In this document: positions 39,208 to 50,770 of the stretch, in pieces
Layout: the number at the start of each line of letters is the position of its first letter
Position numbering within the stretch: the first letter of the stretch is position 1
IMG/VR virus record: IMGVR_UViG_3300047548_000808
Direction: 5' to 3' (one strand)
Origin: an uncultured virus (IMG/VR IMGVR_UViG_3300047548_000808)
Lineage: Duplodnaviria; Heunggongvirae; Uroviricota; Caudoviricetes
Length of the DNA: 64,000 nt
The notes under the pieces: model-generated
Told to the model about the DNA's origin: nothing
Database searches by the model: none
The model's input: only the letters and a program-made list of their open reading frames with translations
Program-made: the position numbers and the translations under genes

Positions 39208-39668
39208 ACTACCCTACCGTTGCACAACTGCTTGTTGAGTTTTCCAATCAAGTCAAGTATAAGCTTGACGCTGTTTTTCATAGCATGGGTTTCTATGAAA
39301 CTGCAGGTACAGTTCTTGCACGCAAGTTCAAAGAAGGTGCTGCCGAAGCTGTGCGTGAAAAGATTAGGGATATCGATATTAAGGCCATGCTCGCAGATGC
39401 CGTGAAGGAAGCTGTGCCACCTATTGTAGAACCACTTTATGTTCTTCCGTCTGGTGATGCTATTAAGTTGTCTAGACTAGTTAGTGTTGTTGCACCCAGC
39501 AGCTCGGTTGTTGTAGAAGTTCAGTCGGACCGTGGTTATGGTATTAAACAAGGGACAAGCTTAATTAATATTAGTACAGATAGTAAGGACAACTCTGTAC
39601 AGGTTAGGGATAAGATTCTAAAAGATCATCTTGACTATCTTCTTTCCTTAAACCAGAGTTCAAAATAA
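39204..39668 (+). CDS. Hypothetical protein
   Basis: GAGGA RBS; 154 aa. Confidence 0.7.
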   Translation: MNYPTVAQLLVEFSNQVKYKLDAVFHSMGFYETAGTVLARKFKEGAAEAVREKIRDIDIKAMLADAVKEAVPPIVEPLYVLPSGDAIKLSRLVSVVAPSSSVVVEVQSDRGYGIKQGTSLINISTDSKDNSVQVRDKILKDHLDYLLSLNQSSK

Positions 39669-39889
39669 ATGACTACCTACCATATTCAGCGCCAGTCTGT
39701 TCCTTACACTGGCGAACCTTACTCGGGTAAGTTATCTTCACAAAGAAACTTGAAGTTCTCTGACCTTGATATAGCAAAACGTATAGTCGTAAGACTACGA
39801 GAGCGCAGCAGCGCAGAATGGTGTATCTGGAATGCTGACACCAAACAATTAGTTCTTGGCGTAGACCTTTTTAAGAAAACGCAAAAAGC

Positions 39890-40465
39890 ATGAACATCTT
39901 CGCAGTAGACAAAGATCCAGAAGTTGCTGCTTGCTGCCTACAACAGAAACACCAGAAGATGATTCTGGAAACTGCTCAGATCCTTTCTACTGCGCATGTT
40001 GTTCTGGACGGCAAGAAAGTAGCTTACGGAGCCACACACAAAAATCATCCATCTTGTGTGTGGGTTCGTGATAGCATAGAAAATTACAACTGGCTAGTAG
40101 AATATGGTTTAGCAGCAACTGCAGAGTTTAAGCGTAGGTCTGGACGAGAACACGCTAGCGGCGTTATTATCAAGCAGTTCTTACGCAAGCCTCCTAAGGC
40201 ATACGATTCTAGAAGTCTGACTCCAGTTAGGTTAGCCATCGCTGATCACCTGAAAATCAATTCTGGTGAAACGTGGGCTGAGGTTATCGCTGCGTACAAA
40301 TACTACTACTCAGTAGACAAGTTGTTCTTTGAACAGAAAGATGGAAGCATAGTATGGAATAGCTGGATGAATTCAGATCCGCCAGAATGGTTCGTTTCCT
40401 TCTGGCTTAAGTTCGGAATGAAAGTTCGTCAGGTAACTCCTGATACAGTTAGTGTGAGGTTTTGA
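39890..40465 (+). CDS. Pyrimidine-dimer DNA glycosylase/endonuclease V-like protein
   Basis: MNIF...KH.KMILETAQILSTAH...THKNHPSCVWVRDS..NY.WL...YY..DK. Confidence 0.85.
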   Translation: MNIFAVDKDPEVAACCLQQKHQKMILETAQILSTAHVVLDGKKVAYGATHKNHPSCVWVRDSIENYNWLVEYGLAATAEFKRRSGREHASGVIIKQFLRKPPKAYDSRSLTPVRLAIADHLKINSGETWAEVIAAYKYYYSVDKLFFEQKDGSIVWNSWMNSDPPEWFVSFWLKFGMKVRQVTPDTVSVRF

Positions 40466-40466
40466 A

Positions 40467-40667
40467 ATGACAGTTGAAGAACTGACCGAGCTAGTAGTTG
40501 ACAAGTTCCAGTTCATTCTTGGAACATACAATCGTGAGCAAAGCGAAAAACTAGCGCAGCTATGGTTTGAAACGAAAAATCCTATGCTTGGAGAGTTAAG
40601 TCCGAACGATCTTATTAAACTAGGTAAACTGAATAAAGTTGTTGAGTTTGTAGCTTCGGCTGAGTAA
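40467..40667 (+). CDS. Xre/MbcA/ParS antitoxin C-terminal (toxin-binding)-like domain
   Basis: AQLWFETKNPMLGELSPNDLI matches the W...PN..LG...P..L pattern. Confidence 0.65.
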   Translation: MTVEELTELVVDKFQFILGTYNREQSEKLAQLWFETKNPMLGELSPNDLIKLGKLNKVVEFVASAE

Positions 40668-40682
40668 TAGAGGAAACGAAAA

Positions 40683-43039
40683 ATGACTAATAAAACAACA
40701 GCACAGATTGTAAACGAACAGGTAGGTAAAGAAATGAAAGAGTTAGAAGCTCGACTGGTTGCTGCTGGTTATGGAAAAGAGACTCACAAGTTTGATGATG
40801 AGTTTGATAAAGCCTGTATGCGGGTAGCGGCAACAGTTCGCATCAAAGAACTAGAAGCGGAGATTTCTAAACTTCAGCAGGAGCAGGACAAACGCCAGAA
40901 AGAAACTGACAATCTGATTCTAGAACTCCGACAGCAAACTGAGAGGTATCTAAACGCTAATGCTCGCGCCATTTCAGCCGAGATGAAACTTGCTGAGCTT
41001 GTTCATCAGGGAGTTTTAAAGTTTACGGCTAGTGGGTACGAATCAACGCTTTCTCGCGAGCATATTGATGAGACTGTTTTTATGTGCAAGATACGAGCTA
41101 ACCAAATGGCTGAGGCTTTCCATGAATTCAAGTATCAAAACAATAATGCGTTTGCTACACCTGTCCAACGGGAGAATGCAGAAACAAAATACCTGACCGC
41201 ACTTAAGTTGTTCAATGACACATTCACGGCCCTGTAATAATTAAAGGAAATATTATGATTACTTCTTTCACAAACGAAGAATACAAGTTCAAGACCGCAG
41301 AAGCTGCTCGTGCTTTCTGTCGTGTTCATCCTGAGTGTTTTACTGCAACTGCTGGTGATTCTGGTTACTATGCTATGCGAGGTTTTGGTGTCTCAACTGA
41401 AGCTAAGTGTTTGGCTCATTACACTGCTACTGGCGTTATTGCATCCTCTGTACCGGAGAGCGCGGTTACTCAACTTGAACATAAGATTAACGAGTGTAAA
41501 CTCTCGTATAAGAATATTATTACAGCAGGGTTGCTAGGATCTCTCACTGGTACAAAATACAAGATGGGTACCGAGTGTATGAGCCATCCAGTTATTTTTA
41601 CCTATGCACTAGGAGTTGCTGCCCCTCTTCTAACTATGTGGTTTCTGTTGTCCATGCTTCTTGGAATTACAGCCGGAATTGTTCCTTGGTATAGCCTGCT
41701 ACTATTTGGCTTCGTGTACTTCATAGTGGAATTCATTATTCCTTGGATAAACTCTTATTCTGTTGATCCAATTGAAGAACCCTGGCTTATTCCTAAGTGG
41801 CTTGACGATAATGGAATCAGCCGATAGTAAGAAAGGGGCTTCGGCCCCTTTGAAAGACCATGAGATTGCAGCCCTGGTTAACAAACTTACTTTGGTTGCA
41901 AAATCTTACCATAACCATCAAAGTCTTAGGCAGAGAATTTCTGTTCTCGTTGTTCAAGCATTGAAAGGAAAATCATGACGTACAAATTCCCTCACCGATT
42001 CTTTAGAGACGGTGGATACATTGGAATTATCGCTGCTGGTTTATGGCTGTTTATTGAAGCCGCAGTAGTTGGTCCAAAAGCCTTTCATTCAGAACTAGTG
42101 TTTTGTGCAATTGTTATGGCTACAGCAGAAACTGCTGCGTACAACGTGGCACATTTCTCTAGGCTACTTGATAGTATGTTTCCTGGATTCAAGACCAAGA
42201 ACAAGATTCAGGAGATGCTCGACATAGGTATAACTATATGCATGACATATACTGCGCTTGACTACATTGCCGGAGAAGACATTTCAGCAAAGAAGGCAAC
42301 GCTCATGGTGTTGATCGCACTGTTCAGTATCAAGCATATAATCGATTATACCGTCGATAGTTTCCAGTACGCCAACCCAACCAAGTAATAAGGAATTAAA
42401 ATGTTGCAAGTTAAGAATCTGTATCTGTATAACCTGGAACTGGATACCACGAAGCCGCATATCGTATTTGACCACAGGCCCAAGTACCTGGAAGAACTAC
42501 GTGACTATGAACCACCTTTTGCCTGGGTTCCGTGCAAGAAACTTGGTGGAGATATTATTGCCCTTGATACGGGTACTGAACTATATTCGGAGTTTGAAGA
42601 AACAGGACGGGACTTTGTAGTAGAACTGGATACCGGCACCATGCGTCGTATCAGGACTACTTGCAAGTCGGTAGCCAAAAAGATTAATGGATGCTCGTCT
42701 GCAGAACAGTTCATGAAGCTATTTGCTCAAGGCACTCCAGCTCAAAGTCTTATTCAGGAATTTAGTAGGGCATCTGACAAGGTTGATCTATCCTTGGATC
42801 TCATGTTTGCTCAGCTAGTTCGTGAGCGTATCACAGACGAGCATGTAATTGGTAAGTTAAGTCCGGATGGAAGTTTCCCTAAAGACAAACTAGATGCCCT
42901 GGCTATGTACCTAGTAAGCGTATTTAATATACATGATTACTGGAAAAACTACTACTGGATGAGGCTCAGTCAGGAGGCAGTGGAAACAGCTCGTCAGTCC
43001 TACGTTAATTCGTTCTTTACTGGAGGGCAAGATGTTTAA
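40683..43039 (+). other. Four hypothetical CDSs (40683-41237 coiled coil; 41255-41827 and 41975-42388 membrane proteins; 42401-43039)
   Basis: Long ORFs with AGGA/AAGGA RBSs. Confidence 0.65.
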
Positions 43040-43542
43040 TATAGATACCCCAGTGTCTTATCGTGCTATGCTAATAAATGATGGTCCTACTTATTCTGTT
43101 CAATGGAAAAGATGGTGGTGGCCTATGTACCTTACTTGCAAGGGTCCAGTGAGGTTGGACGACGGCATAGCAGTAAACAGATCAAACGGCGTATTTGGTG
43201 ATCTTGATTCAGCGGCTGAATATGCCAGGAGTCACGCTAGGTACAATACAAAGTTCAAGCCAAAAGTTGCTGGATACCTATATGTTTAAAACTTTTTATC
43301 GAATCGTACAAACTGGTCCTAAGCCAACATATTCTGCTGAATACAGGGTTTGGTGGTGGCCTTTCTATCGTACATGCGTTGGTCCCGGTTTGGACGAGAG
43401 GGGTATTAAGTTTAATACTATCCACAGTGAGGAAGCTTTCCTAAACGTTTACCAAGCCGCAAACTACGCGAGAGCGCACGCTAGGTATCGCAACAAAGAC
43501 AAGTTCAGGCCGAGCGTAGTTGAGCATCTCGGTCCCCTGTGA
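43032..43542 (+). other. Tandem paralog pair (43032-43289 and 43282-43542) with a WWWP motif
   Basis: PTYS...WWWP.Y.TC.GP..LD..GI...AA.YAR.HARY in both. Confidence 0.75.
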
Positions 43543-43570
43543 TATTATTAGTTCAGTAAAGGAAATTAAA

Positions 43571-45720
43571 ATGCAAGTTACTAAGTATACCGAAGCCATT
43601 CCAGTTGACCAACTTAAAGTTGGAGACATTATCCTAAATCATGTTTCCTGGACTCCATTTACATATATCAGCAGTATAAAGAAGTGTTCTGCTGCTCAAG
43701 GAACATATAAGTATTTCAAGTTCAATACTAAGCGTCTGGGTGCAAGAACTAAGGATAAGGTTTACGACGACTTTACATCCGAAGTACGACGCAACCCTTA
43801 TAATAGTCATTCAGTAGTGTTCTATAATAAGAACGTAACTGTTATTCGATTGAACAGTACAGATGATCGTGCAAAGTTCGTAGCTTCTTGGAAGAACATT
43901 GTTCAGTGTTTTGAACACGCAGTCAGTCTATACGAGGTGTGCGCCGCCCTATACAAAACACCAGTCTACTACGGTGCTGCGTATTTACTAGAGTTACTAG
44001 GTAACGACTCGAAACTGCAAGAAGTTCTAGAGGATAAGATAACAGACGCTATAAGTGATAGTATTAAACAAAGTATTCTTATGGAGGAACTTGGTCTAGA
44101 ATCAGTAGATCAGTATAAGGAATTTTGTACGTGTAATGCTAGAGATATTGCTCGTCTTATCCTAAGGGGCGAAAGCGTTCTAGACATTCGCAACCGTGTT
44201 GCCGCATGGAAGCTGGCATACACTGAGAAAGAAGAGGCTGCTGTACGTATGCAGCAAGCTTTCGTATCGGCCAAGTAAATGCAAAGTGGGGATTAATCCC
44301 CACTAGAGTAAAGGAAATCAAAAAATGCAGTCCACTCAAATAACCAAGTATTCAACTTACGTTCCAGTATCAGAATTGCAGGTCAATGACTTTATAGTAT
44401 CTTACACACGTACTATGTACATAAGTAGTATTTCTAGGGATACTAGAAGTGGACTTCCTGCTTTCAATATGAAGTGCCTTGGATCTAGTACAAAATGTAT
44501 AGTTGATGCCACGTACTACGCCACCGTGTCAAATCCAGATAGGGTTTCATTTTACCATATTAACGTAACTAAGGTAAGGTACCCAAAGGATAAGATGAAA
44601 CTACTTAATGCCTCGTACCGTAGTCTGGTACAGAGGCTAGGTAAACTAAGGTGTGGTAAAAATATAACCAACCCAATAAAGGACACTATTGAAGTTATTA
44701 GCTATTGTCCACCTGGATTGTTTAGCGGCATCACACTTCACGCTATGTGCCCTGAGCTTGGTCTACCAGGGATGGTACGTGGACTAGTGTATGATACTTT
44801 AGAATATCAATATGTACAGCTTGGGGAGGAATTTAATCCTGCATTTAGTAGACTGGTCAGTGCTGGTACCATCGCTAACCTAGTGCTGGGAGGAGAGTCT
44901 GTGGATCAGATTAAAACTAGGTACGAAAAGCATTATGCTGCCGACTTGGAAATAAATAGACTAAGTGAGCTAAAGCTTGATCTTTGGCAGGTTTAATGCC
45001 TAGAAATGAATTTAGCTGCCGAAAGTAAATTAAAAATGCAAGTTACTCAAAGCTGCTGATTCGATTCTCGGAACTTAAGGTAAACGACATTATATCGGTG
45101 ACTCCTGTAAAGTTACTACCTAAGGGCCAATCATGGCATACGTTGAACTAAAAGTTGGTAGCATTATTGTTTATCCGAGCAGTCTAGAAGTTGTTACTAG
45201 TATAGTACGGGCTAAGAGTAAGGAACTAGACTACAAAGTAGCTCGTACTAAGCTTCTGCATCAGAATAGTAAAGGCGCTACTCACTCTTACTACTGGAGC
45301 GCAATGGGTGATAAGAACTCTTACTATATTCGTGAGGGCCAAGTAGTTAACCTTACGGCTGAAGAACTAGCCAAGGTCAGAGGTGACCTGAACATGCTCA
45401 GTAAACTGCTGCCTAAGGTTCTTCATATCAACGGAATATTTAGTCACATTGTAGACAATAAAATTCCAGAGCTTATTGAGGAGATGAAATCAAAGCTTGA
45501 CTTGCGCATGGAAGTGCGACGTATCATTGAGGATAGCATCTGCAAGAACTACAGGCTTAAACATATTTACAAAAGTACACGACTAAATCCCGAGCTTCGA
45601 CCTATGGTTTCTGTACTGGCAGAATTGCTTCTCATTCCAGGGGCCACTAAAGATAGCATCGACGCCACTATGACTATGAACTTCGGAGTAGATGTCTTTA
45701 ACGTAGGAGTAAACGTATGA
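43571..45720 (+). other. Three tandem divergent paralogs (43571-44278, 44325-44996, 45133-45720) plus a decayed remnant near 45036-45110
   Basis: Shared N-terminus (TKY...PV.(E/Q)L(K/Q)V.D.I); IA.L.L.GESV..I shared by the first two. Confidence 0.65.
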
Positions 45721-46616
45721 CCGATACTGCTAAGTATACTATTGAAACTACTCTAACTAATTATACAACAGGGGAGGAAATTATAGAGCGCAAAGAAGAC
45801 GTACATCTTGGTCCTTCGTCAACTATTGACGTATGCTACGATGGTGGGCGTGTAGCTGTATGGTGTGGATCTACTGTAGTTTTTGAAACTAAGGATGCAG
45901 GAATAGATTTTAGCCTGAGTCTAAAGCCATGTTAAGCTATCACGACGTAGAAGTAGAATTTGAAGGGCAACCTAGGATTGCTCTTTCTAGTGGACCATTT
46001 ACTTGGGAGCTAACTTGCACTAGGGCTAGCGGTTGGCAGCTATGGGACCACTACCGAAACTGCCGCACAGAGAATAAAAACATTGCTGCTGAGTATGGTG
46101 GTGACGAAGCTCCTCGCCTAAGTATCTGGGTAGGTGGAGTTCAGGTTCTGGATCGTAATGCAGTAAGGAAATCCGTATGAGAACTCCAGCTCTAACGCTT
46201 AGTGATGGAACCACAACTAGGGCTAGTCGGCACCCTAAACAATACTTTTACTCTGATCCTAGAATGCAACACTGGTTCAGGTACGAGTTATTCTTGAGTT
46301 GGTGCCTATGCACAAAAGGTGGAAGACCCACTGACCAAGAAGAATCCGATTGGCATAACATGATGAGTGGATGTGAACTATGAATCAAGATACAATAATT
46401 CAGCCAGAAGTAACCGCTGATACCATTCTTAGTTGGCTCGAAAACGACAAAGGGAAGCAGGTATTCGTTTTCGGCAAAACTTGGTACACTAGGCTTGGGT
46501 CAGGTTCCCCACATCTTAAGCACCCTAGTCTACGGGCTGCCGTGCAGTTTGCTATGACGGATGCCGATATGCTTAAGTACGCTGCTTCATACAAGGCTAA
46601 GCAGCAGGGGTTATGA
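45717..46616 (+). other. Four small translationally coupled hypothetical CDSs (45717-45935, 45929-46180, 46177-46383, 46380-46616)
   Basis: ATGA-type overlaps. Confidence 0.6.
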
Positions 46617-46642
46617 CGAGTTGTTGATAATCAACTCGTGAG

Positions 46643-46682
46643 AAAAGGGCGGGATTTCTGAAAATAGAAATCCCGCCCTTTT
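46643..46682 (+). terminator. Rho-independent terminator
   Basis: aaaagggcgggatttct-loop-agaaatcccgccctttt. Confidence 0.85.
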
Positions 46683-46689
46683 TGTCTTT

Positions 46690-47224
46690 CTGGATGGCAT
46701 TTTCAGAGCGTAGTCGAAGGTCATATAGAAGTTACCAGAATCAAACCTCAAGCGTTTTTACAGGGTGTTTTGAGGGGTCAAATCGTGTTCATGTGGGACT
46801 ATACATGGGAATGGATAATGCTGAAAATAACAGGGTTTTATGCTAGTTTATTATAAGCAGACACTTACCAATCCTGGATTGGTAAGTGTCGGGTTGTTGG
46901 CTTGGCTCAGTTCCAGTCTTTATTATATCACAACCACCAGTGAGTACAAGAGAGTAGGATACAACCACAGGTAATAGATAAGTGTAGCTGGAGAGCGTAT
47001 ACAAGAGTAGGGAGAATACACAATCACCAGTAGAGCACGTATAGTATGAAGCTACAGCTCAAAAGCACAGAAAAACAACACCCAAAACAGGCGTTTATCC
47101 CTGCAAATAAGCTCCCTATAGCACGGGGAGACCATATCTAATTTAAACCGACACATGACCTCCCTTGACGTAAGTCACAACTGTTAAAGCTATACACGAG
47201 CAACCAACAACGAAGGAATTAAGC
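46690..47224. other. Non-coding region with a 15-bp-arm hairpin (46860-46890) and short direct repeats; candidate replication origin
   Basis: gacacttaccaatcc-t-ggattggtaagtgtc flanked by two TTTATTATA; CACAA(C/T)CACCAGT x2; directly upstream of the Rep-like gene. Confidence 0.5.
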
Positions 47225-48634
47225 ATGCGTATAGTGAAGAAGAATATGTATAAGCACGTAGTACTAGATAAGTCATCAGCCGTAATGAATGGATCGTCCA
47301 TAGGACAAACTATTCAAGAGGCTGGAGGGTATCTAATATTTCCAGATAGATTTATCAAGGAAATAAAGAAGCACTTAAACGTATCAAAGACAGGAAGACT
47401 AAACCTTGTAAACAAAGATACAGGGGGATACATAGACTTCGATATAAAATCCATAAAAGGTGGGTGGAAGGTAGAAGCAGCGTACTGTCAGCAGAAATGG
47501 TTAAGCGGACAGAACGTATACCCAGTAGTGTCTAAAGAAGGAGATCTAGCTACAGGAGCAGCGCATTCAGTTAAGTTCCCTTTCCTGGAACTAGCATCGA
47601 AAATGGCCGAAGGCCCATGCCGAAAATTCATTATCGATAACCAGGATAAGATCTGTTGGTCAAGACTGGACTGTTCTACGTATACAAAAGGCATATTCAA
47701 TACAGAAATTATCCTGAAGTACTTTACGGGTATCTGTGGTAGAGTAGAGATGTCTTCAACGAAAGCTTTAGGTGTGGCGCAAGAGATAGGTTTTATCTTC
47801 AAAAGCTTCCATTCTACTGGGGGAAGCCCATGTGGTATTCGTATGGAGAAGATGAGCGGGAACTTCAACACTTTCACCCTGTCGATGTACCGAAAAGATC
47901 TTGAGATTAAAGACCGAGAGAAGCGAGGACAAAAGGTTTCAGAGAAGGAAAAGGAAATAGACCTGGGGGCTTTAGCTTCTGTCCTTAGAATTGAAGGCCA
48001 GATTTACCCTAAAACTTTTTATCGAGGTAAATGCTCAAGATTCAGAAAGATAATGCTAGGAGATGGGGGAGGAAAAGGAAAGACCCAAGACTACTGGCAC
48101 TCAGTTAAGTTCCTGGAAGACAGCGAAACTAACGTAGAGAAGCTCAGGCAGTGCTTGGGTGAAATGTCTAGCCAGTTAGGGCTGCATCTTATATTTTCAG
48201 CTTGGCCGTATAAATCCGTAGAATCCGCCGTTTTGGCTCTTGCAGAAACACCAAGACAAATAGACGCTGCAGAGAAGTGGATAGAAGATAATGAGAGCAG
48301 GCTTTCCACGAAGGGGTTATCTGGAAGGGCGCAAATAGATATAGCCGAATTTGCGCAACGTGTACACGAAGAGCTAGGAATAGATCTGTATTCCGTGAGT
48401 TTGATGACCTTTGGCTGGATTAGAAATGCTCTTCTGTATTCCCAGTTGACAACTGAAGAAGCGAAGAAACTAGCGCTTCTGGACCCAGATAGTGAAGAAG
48501 ATCATGTAATAAGAAAAGCTTTGGTTAGCCGGGCTTCAAAACGTGCAGTCTTATGCAGGAAACAACTTCTAGGATTGAGGAATGGATTCTGGATGCTAGC
48601 GGATGGAAATATTCCAGATATTACTATTAATTAA
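47225..48634 (+). CDS. Putative rolling-circle replication initiator, phage/plasmid gene II/X (Rep_trans-like) family
   Basis: KWLSGQNVY (compare K.LQGHNVF), SRLDC (R.D), SMYRKDLE (YxKxxE with the catalytic Tyr), LRIEG (LRxE), in the expected order. Confidence 0.6.
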   Translation: MRIVKKNMYKHVVLDKSSAVMNGSSIGQTIQEAGGYLIFPDRFIKEIKKHLNVSKTGRLNLVNKDTGGYIDFDIKSIKGGWKVEAAYCQQKWLSGQNVYPVVSKEGDLATGAAHSVKFPFLELASKMAEGPCRKFIIDNQDKICWSRLDCSTYTKGIFNTEIILKYFTGICGRVEMSSTKALGVAQEIGFIFKSFHSTGGSPCGIRMEKMSGNFNTFTLSMYRKDLEIKDREKRGQKVSEKEKEIDLGALASVLRIEGQIYPKTFYRGKCSRFRKIMLGDGGGKGKTQDYWHSVKFLEDSETNVEKLRQCLGEMSSQLGLHLIFSAWPYKSVESAVLALAETPRQIDAAEKWIEDNESRLSTKGLSGRAQIDIAEFAQRVHEELGIDLYSVSLMTFGWIRNALLYSQLTTEEAKKLALLDPDSEEDHVIRKALVSRASKRAVLCRKQLLGLRNGFWMLADGNIPDITIN

Positions 48635-48658
48635 ATAGGTAGTTTAAGCTGCGAACAT

Positions 48659-48684
48659 ATCGCAAGCTCTTTTGAGCTTGCGAT
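48659..48684 (+). terminator. Hairpin after the Rep-like gene
   Basis: atcgcaagctc-tttt-gagcttgcgat. Confidence 0.6.
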
Positions 48685-48749
48685 CAAACTGCGTGGAGTA
48701 CAATTGATTTCTTGGAATACTGAGTATGAATAACTTTTAGGGGTAGATA

Positions 48750-49364
48750 ATGAAACTAGTTAATACAGTAAAAGAGGCATTTGCAGTTCATGCGGTTACG
48801 GTTGGAACTGTTCTAAGAAACGATTTCTGGAAAACTACCTATGGTGTAGCTAAACAGGAAGAAATTATTAAAGAGATAAAAGCAGGAACTTGGAAACAAT
48901 TAGCTGAAGACGTATTTGCCGAGCATGACTATACTAGAATAGTAGTGATAAGGAATGGCGTAATAGTTATGGCCGCGTCGTTTCAGATGCTTTTAGGTAT
49001 GGTGCTAAGTGATGCTTCGGATAGAATGAGGTCTAGGGCTTTGCTCCAAGAGAATGAGATTAGCAAGAAGCCAGAGTGTACAGAACCTAGGCTGATGGAG
49101 TATTTATACTCAGTGCTTATAAATAAAACCCACATGGCTATAGTTAGTTCTGCTTCGTTGTCTAACGCCGCGTTTGCACAGTGGAAGAGTCTTGGACATA
49201 AATTCACGTTAAAGATAATAGATGATGAGTTGTCCTTTAACGTAAAAAGAGGTATGCATAGAATCACAGAAATGACTAGGCTAAAACTTGAAGATGCAGT
49301 TGAAGACGACGCAGATTCAGAGTCTTCAACCAAAAAAGCACTTAGGTTAGTTTTAAATCTATAA
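48750..49364 (+). CDS. Divergent GNAT-fold-like protein, subfamily A
   Basis: Paralog of 50022-50627; LMEYLY...SSASLSNAAFAQWKSL. Confidence 0.5.
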   Translation: MKLVNTVKEAFAVHAVTVGTVLRNDFWKTTYGVAKQEEIIKEIKAGTWKQLAEDVFAEHDYTRIVVIRNGVIVMAASFQMLLGMVLSDASDRMRSRALLQENEISKKPECTEPRLMEYLYSVLINKTHMAIVSSASLSNAAFAQWKSLGHKFTLKIIDDELSFNVKRGMHRITEMTRLKLEDAVEDDADSESSTKKALRLVLNL

Positions 49365-49383
49365 CTAGGAAAGGGAACAAACT

Positions 49384-50025
49384 ATGAACAAGATCGAAGC
49401 AATCAAATATCCAAAGACTATCCCAGAGTTTTCTATCAACTTGATGCTGGATAGAATGGAGCTAGTTCATAACGCTGGTGGATCTGGGGAGCCCGAATTT
49501 ACGTATCCTGGAGTACCCCCGATATACACCTACGAGCGAGCTAGGTTTATTCTTCACCCAGAAACAGGAGAACCTGTTTTCTACTTCTTGATGGACTACG
49601 GAGACAAGCTTCCTAACTTGGGTTGTAAATATGCCCGAATTACTTCAGTTGGAAAACGGCCAGGAGTTAAACTGGAAGGGTTTCATGGTTACGATAACCT
49701 GATGACTAGAGTAATCTTGAACTACATGCTACCTAAATACAAGGTAGTTAGCTCAGATCAGTCTCAAACTCATGGTGGACGGGTGGTTTGGAAAAGCTTG
49801 ATTAATGATACTTTGAATTCTGGGAAGGGATTTATTTACTTGGTTAAAACATCAGAACCATATAGAGTTGCTGAGATTACAAGTATGCAGATGTATTCTA
49901 ACTTAGAACGTTTCATGTATGGGCCGAAAGAAAAAGACAAGGATACAGTTCTGGTCATCAGCAAGAAACGTCTAGTAAAGAAAGGGACAAGTAACGTGTT
50001 GACTTCCTGCAAGGTGTTGAAATGA
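49384..50025 (+). CDS. Divergent GNAT-fold-like protein, subfamily B
   Basis: FHGYDNL...SSDQSQTHGGRVVWKSL. Confidence 0.55.
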   Translation: MNKIEAIKYPKTIPEFSINLMLDRMELVHNAGGSGEPEFTYPGVPPIYTYERARFILHPETGEPVFYFLMDYGDKLPNLGCKYARITSVGKRPGVKLEGFHGYDNLMTRVILNYMLPKYKVVSSDQSQTHGGRVVWKSLINDTLNSGKGFIYLVKTSEPYRVAEITSMQMYSNLERFMYGPKEKDKDTVLVISKKRLVKKGTSNVLTSCKVLK

Positions 50026-50627
50026 ACAGAATTAATACCGTAGCCGAGGCTTTACGGATAAGGGCATTGACTGTAGGAAACGCGCTGCATGGAACTTTCT
50101 GGAGTAATGAGTCCAGCCAACGATCTGTCCTTGCTGGCTTAAATGCGGATTTCAAACTTATAGACACCGATATAGGTCTATGGTTAGCCAACAATAATAA
50201 AAGGGCTGTAGTAATAGACAACGGCAAGATAGTTTTCATGCTTGGTATGAATCAATACCTTGGCTTGGTTTTACATGATACGAATAGTAGACCTATACGA
50301 TCAAGAGCAGTTTTGGTTGAGGATGAAGTTTCTAAGAGGCCAGGGTACAATAGGCCAAATTTGATGGAGGCAGTATACACTGCTGTAATAAAAGAAACGA
50401 AGAATGCCCTGCTGAGTTCCAACTCAATGTCAGATTCAGCTTTGGCTGTTTGGAGGAAGCTATGCGGGAAAACTAACTACATGTTAGTTGACGATGACAA
50501 CATGCCGTATACATGGTCGTCTAGCATCCTTACTTTAAAGGTTTTAGATACAAATAATATAGACGATATTATAGTTGGTCCGGATGACTTTTCTAAAACT
50601 AGTCAGAGAATTTTGTTGAATCCATGA
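50022..50627 (+). CDS. Divergent GNAT-fold-like protein, subfamily A
   Basis: LMEAVY...SSNSMSDSALAVWRKL. Confidence 0.5.
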   Translation: MNRINTVAEALRIRALTVGNALHGTFWSNESSQRSVLAGLNADFKLIDTDIGLWLANNNKRAVVIDNGKIVFMLGMNQYLGLVLHDTNSRPIRSRAVLVEDEVSKRPGYNRPNLMEAVYTAVIKETKNALLSSNSMSDSALAVWRKLCGKTNYMLVDDDNMPYTWSSSILTLKVLDTNNIDDIIVGPDDFSKTSQRILLNP

Positions 50628-50770
50628 AGCCTAAAAATAGTCAACCAAAGAAGCCGCCAGAAAAGAAGAACAGATGTTGCGTTTGCCGAACTACCAAGAA
50701 CCTACGCAAGGACGGCTGGTATGGTTACAGATGCAATTCTGATAAGTGTTTGGTGTTTTAAGGAAATGGT

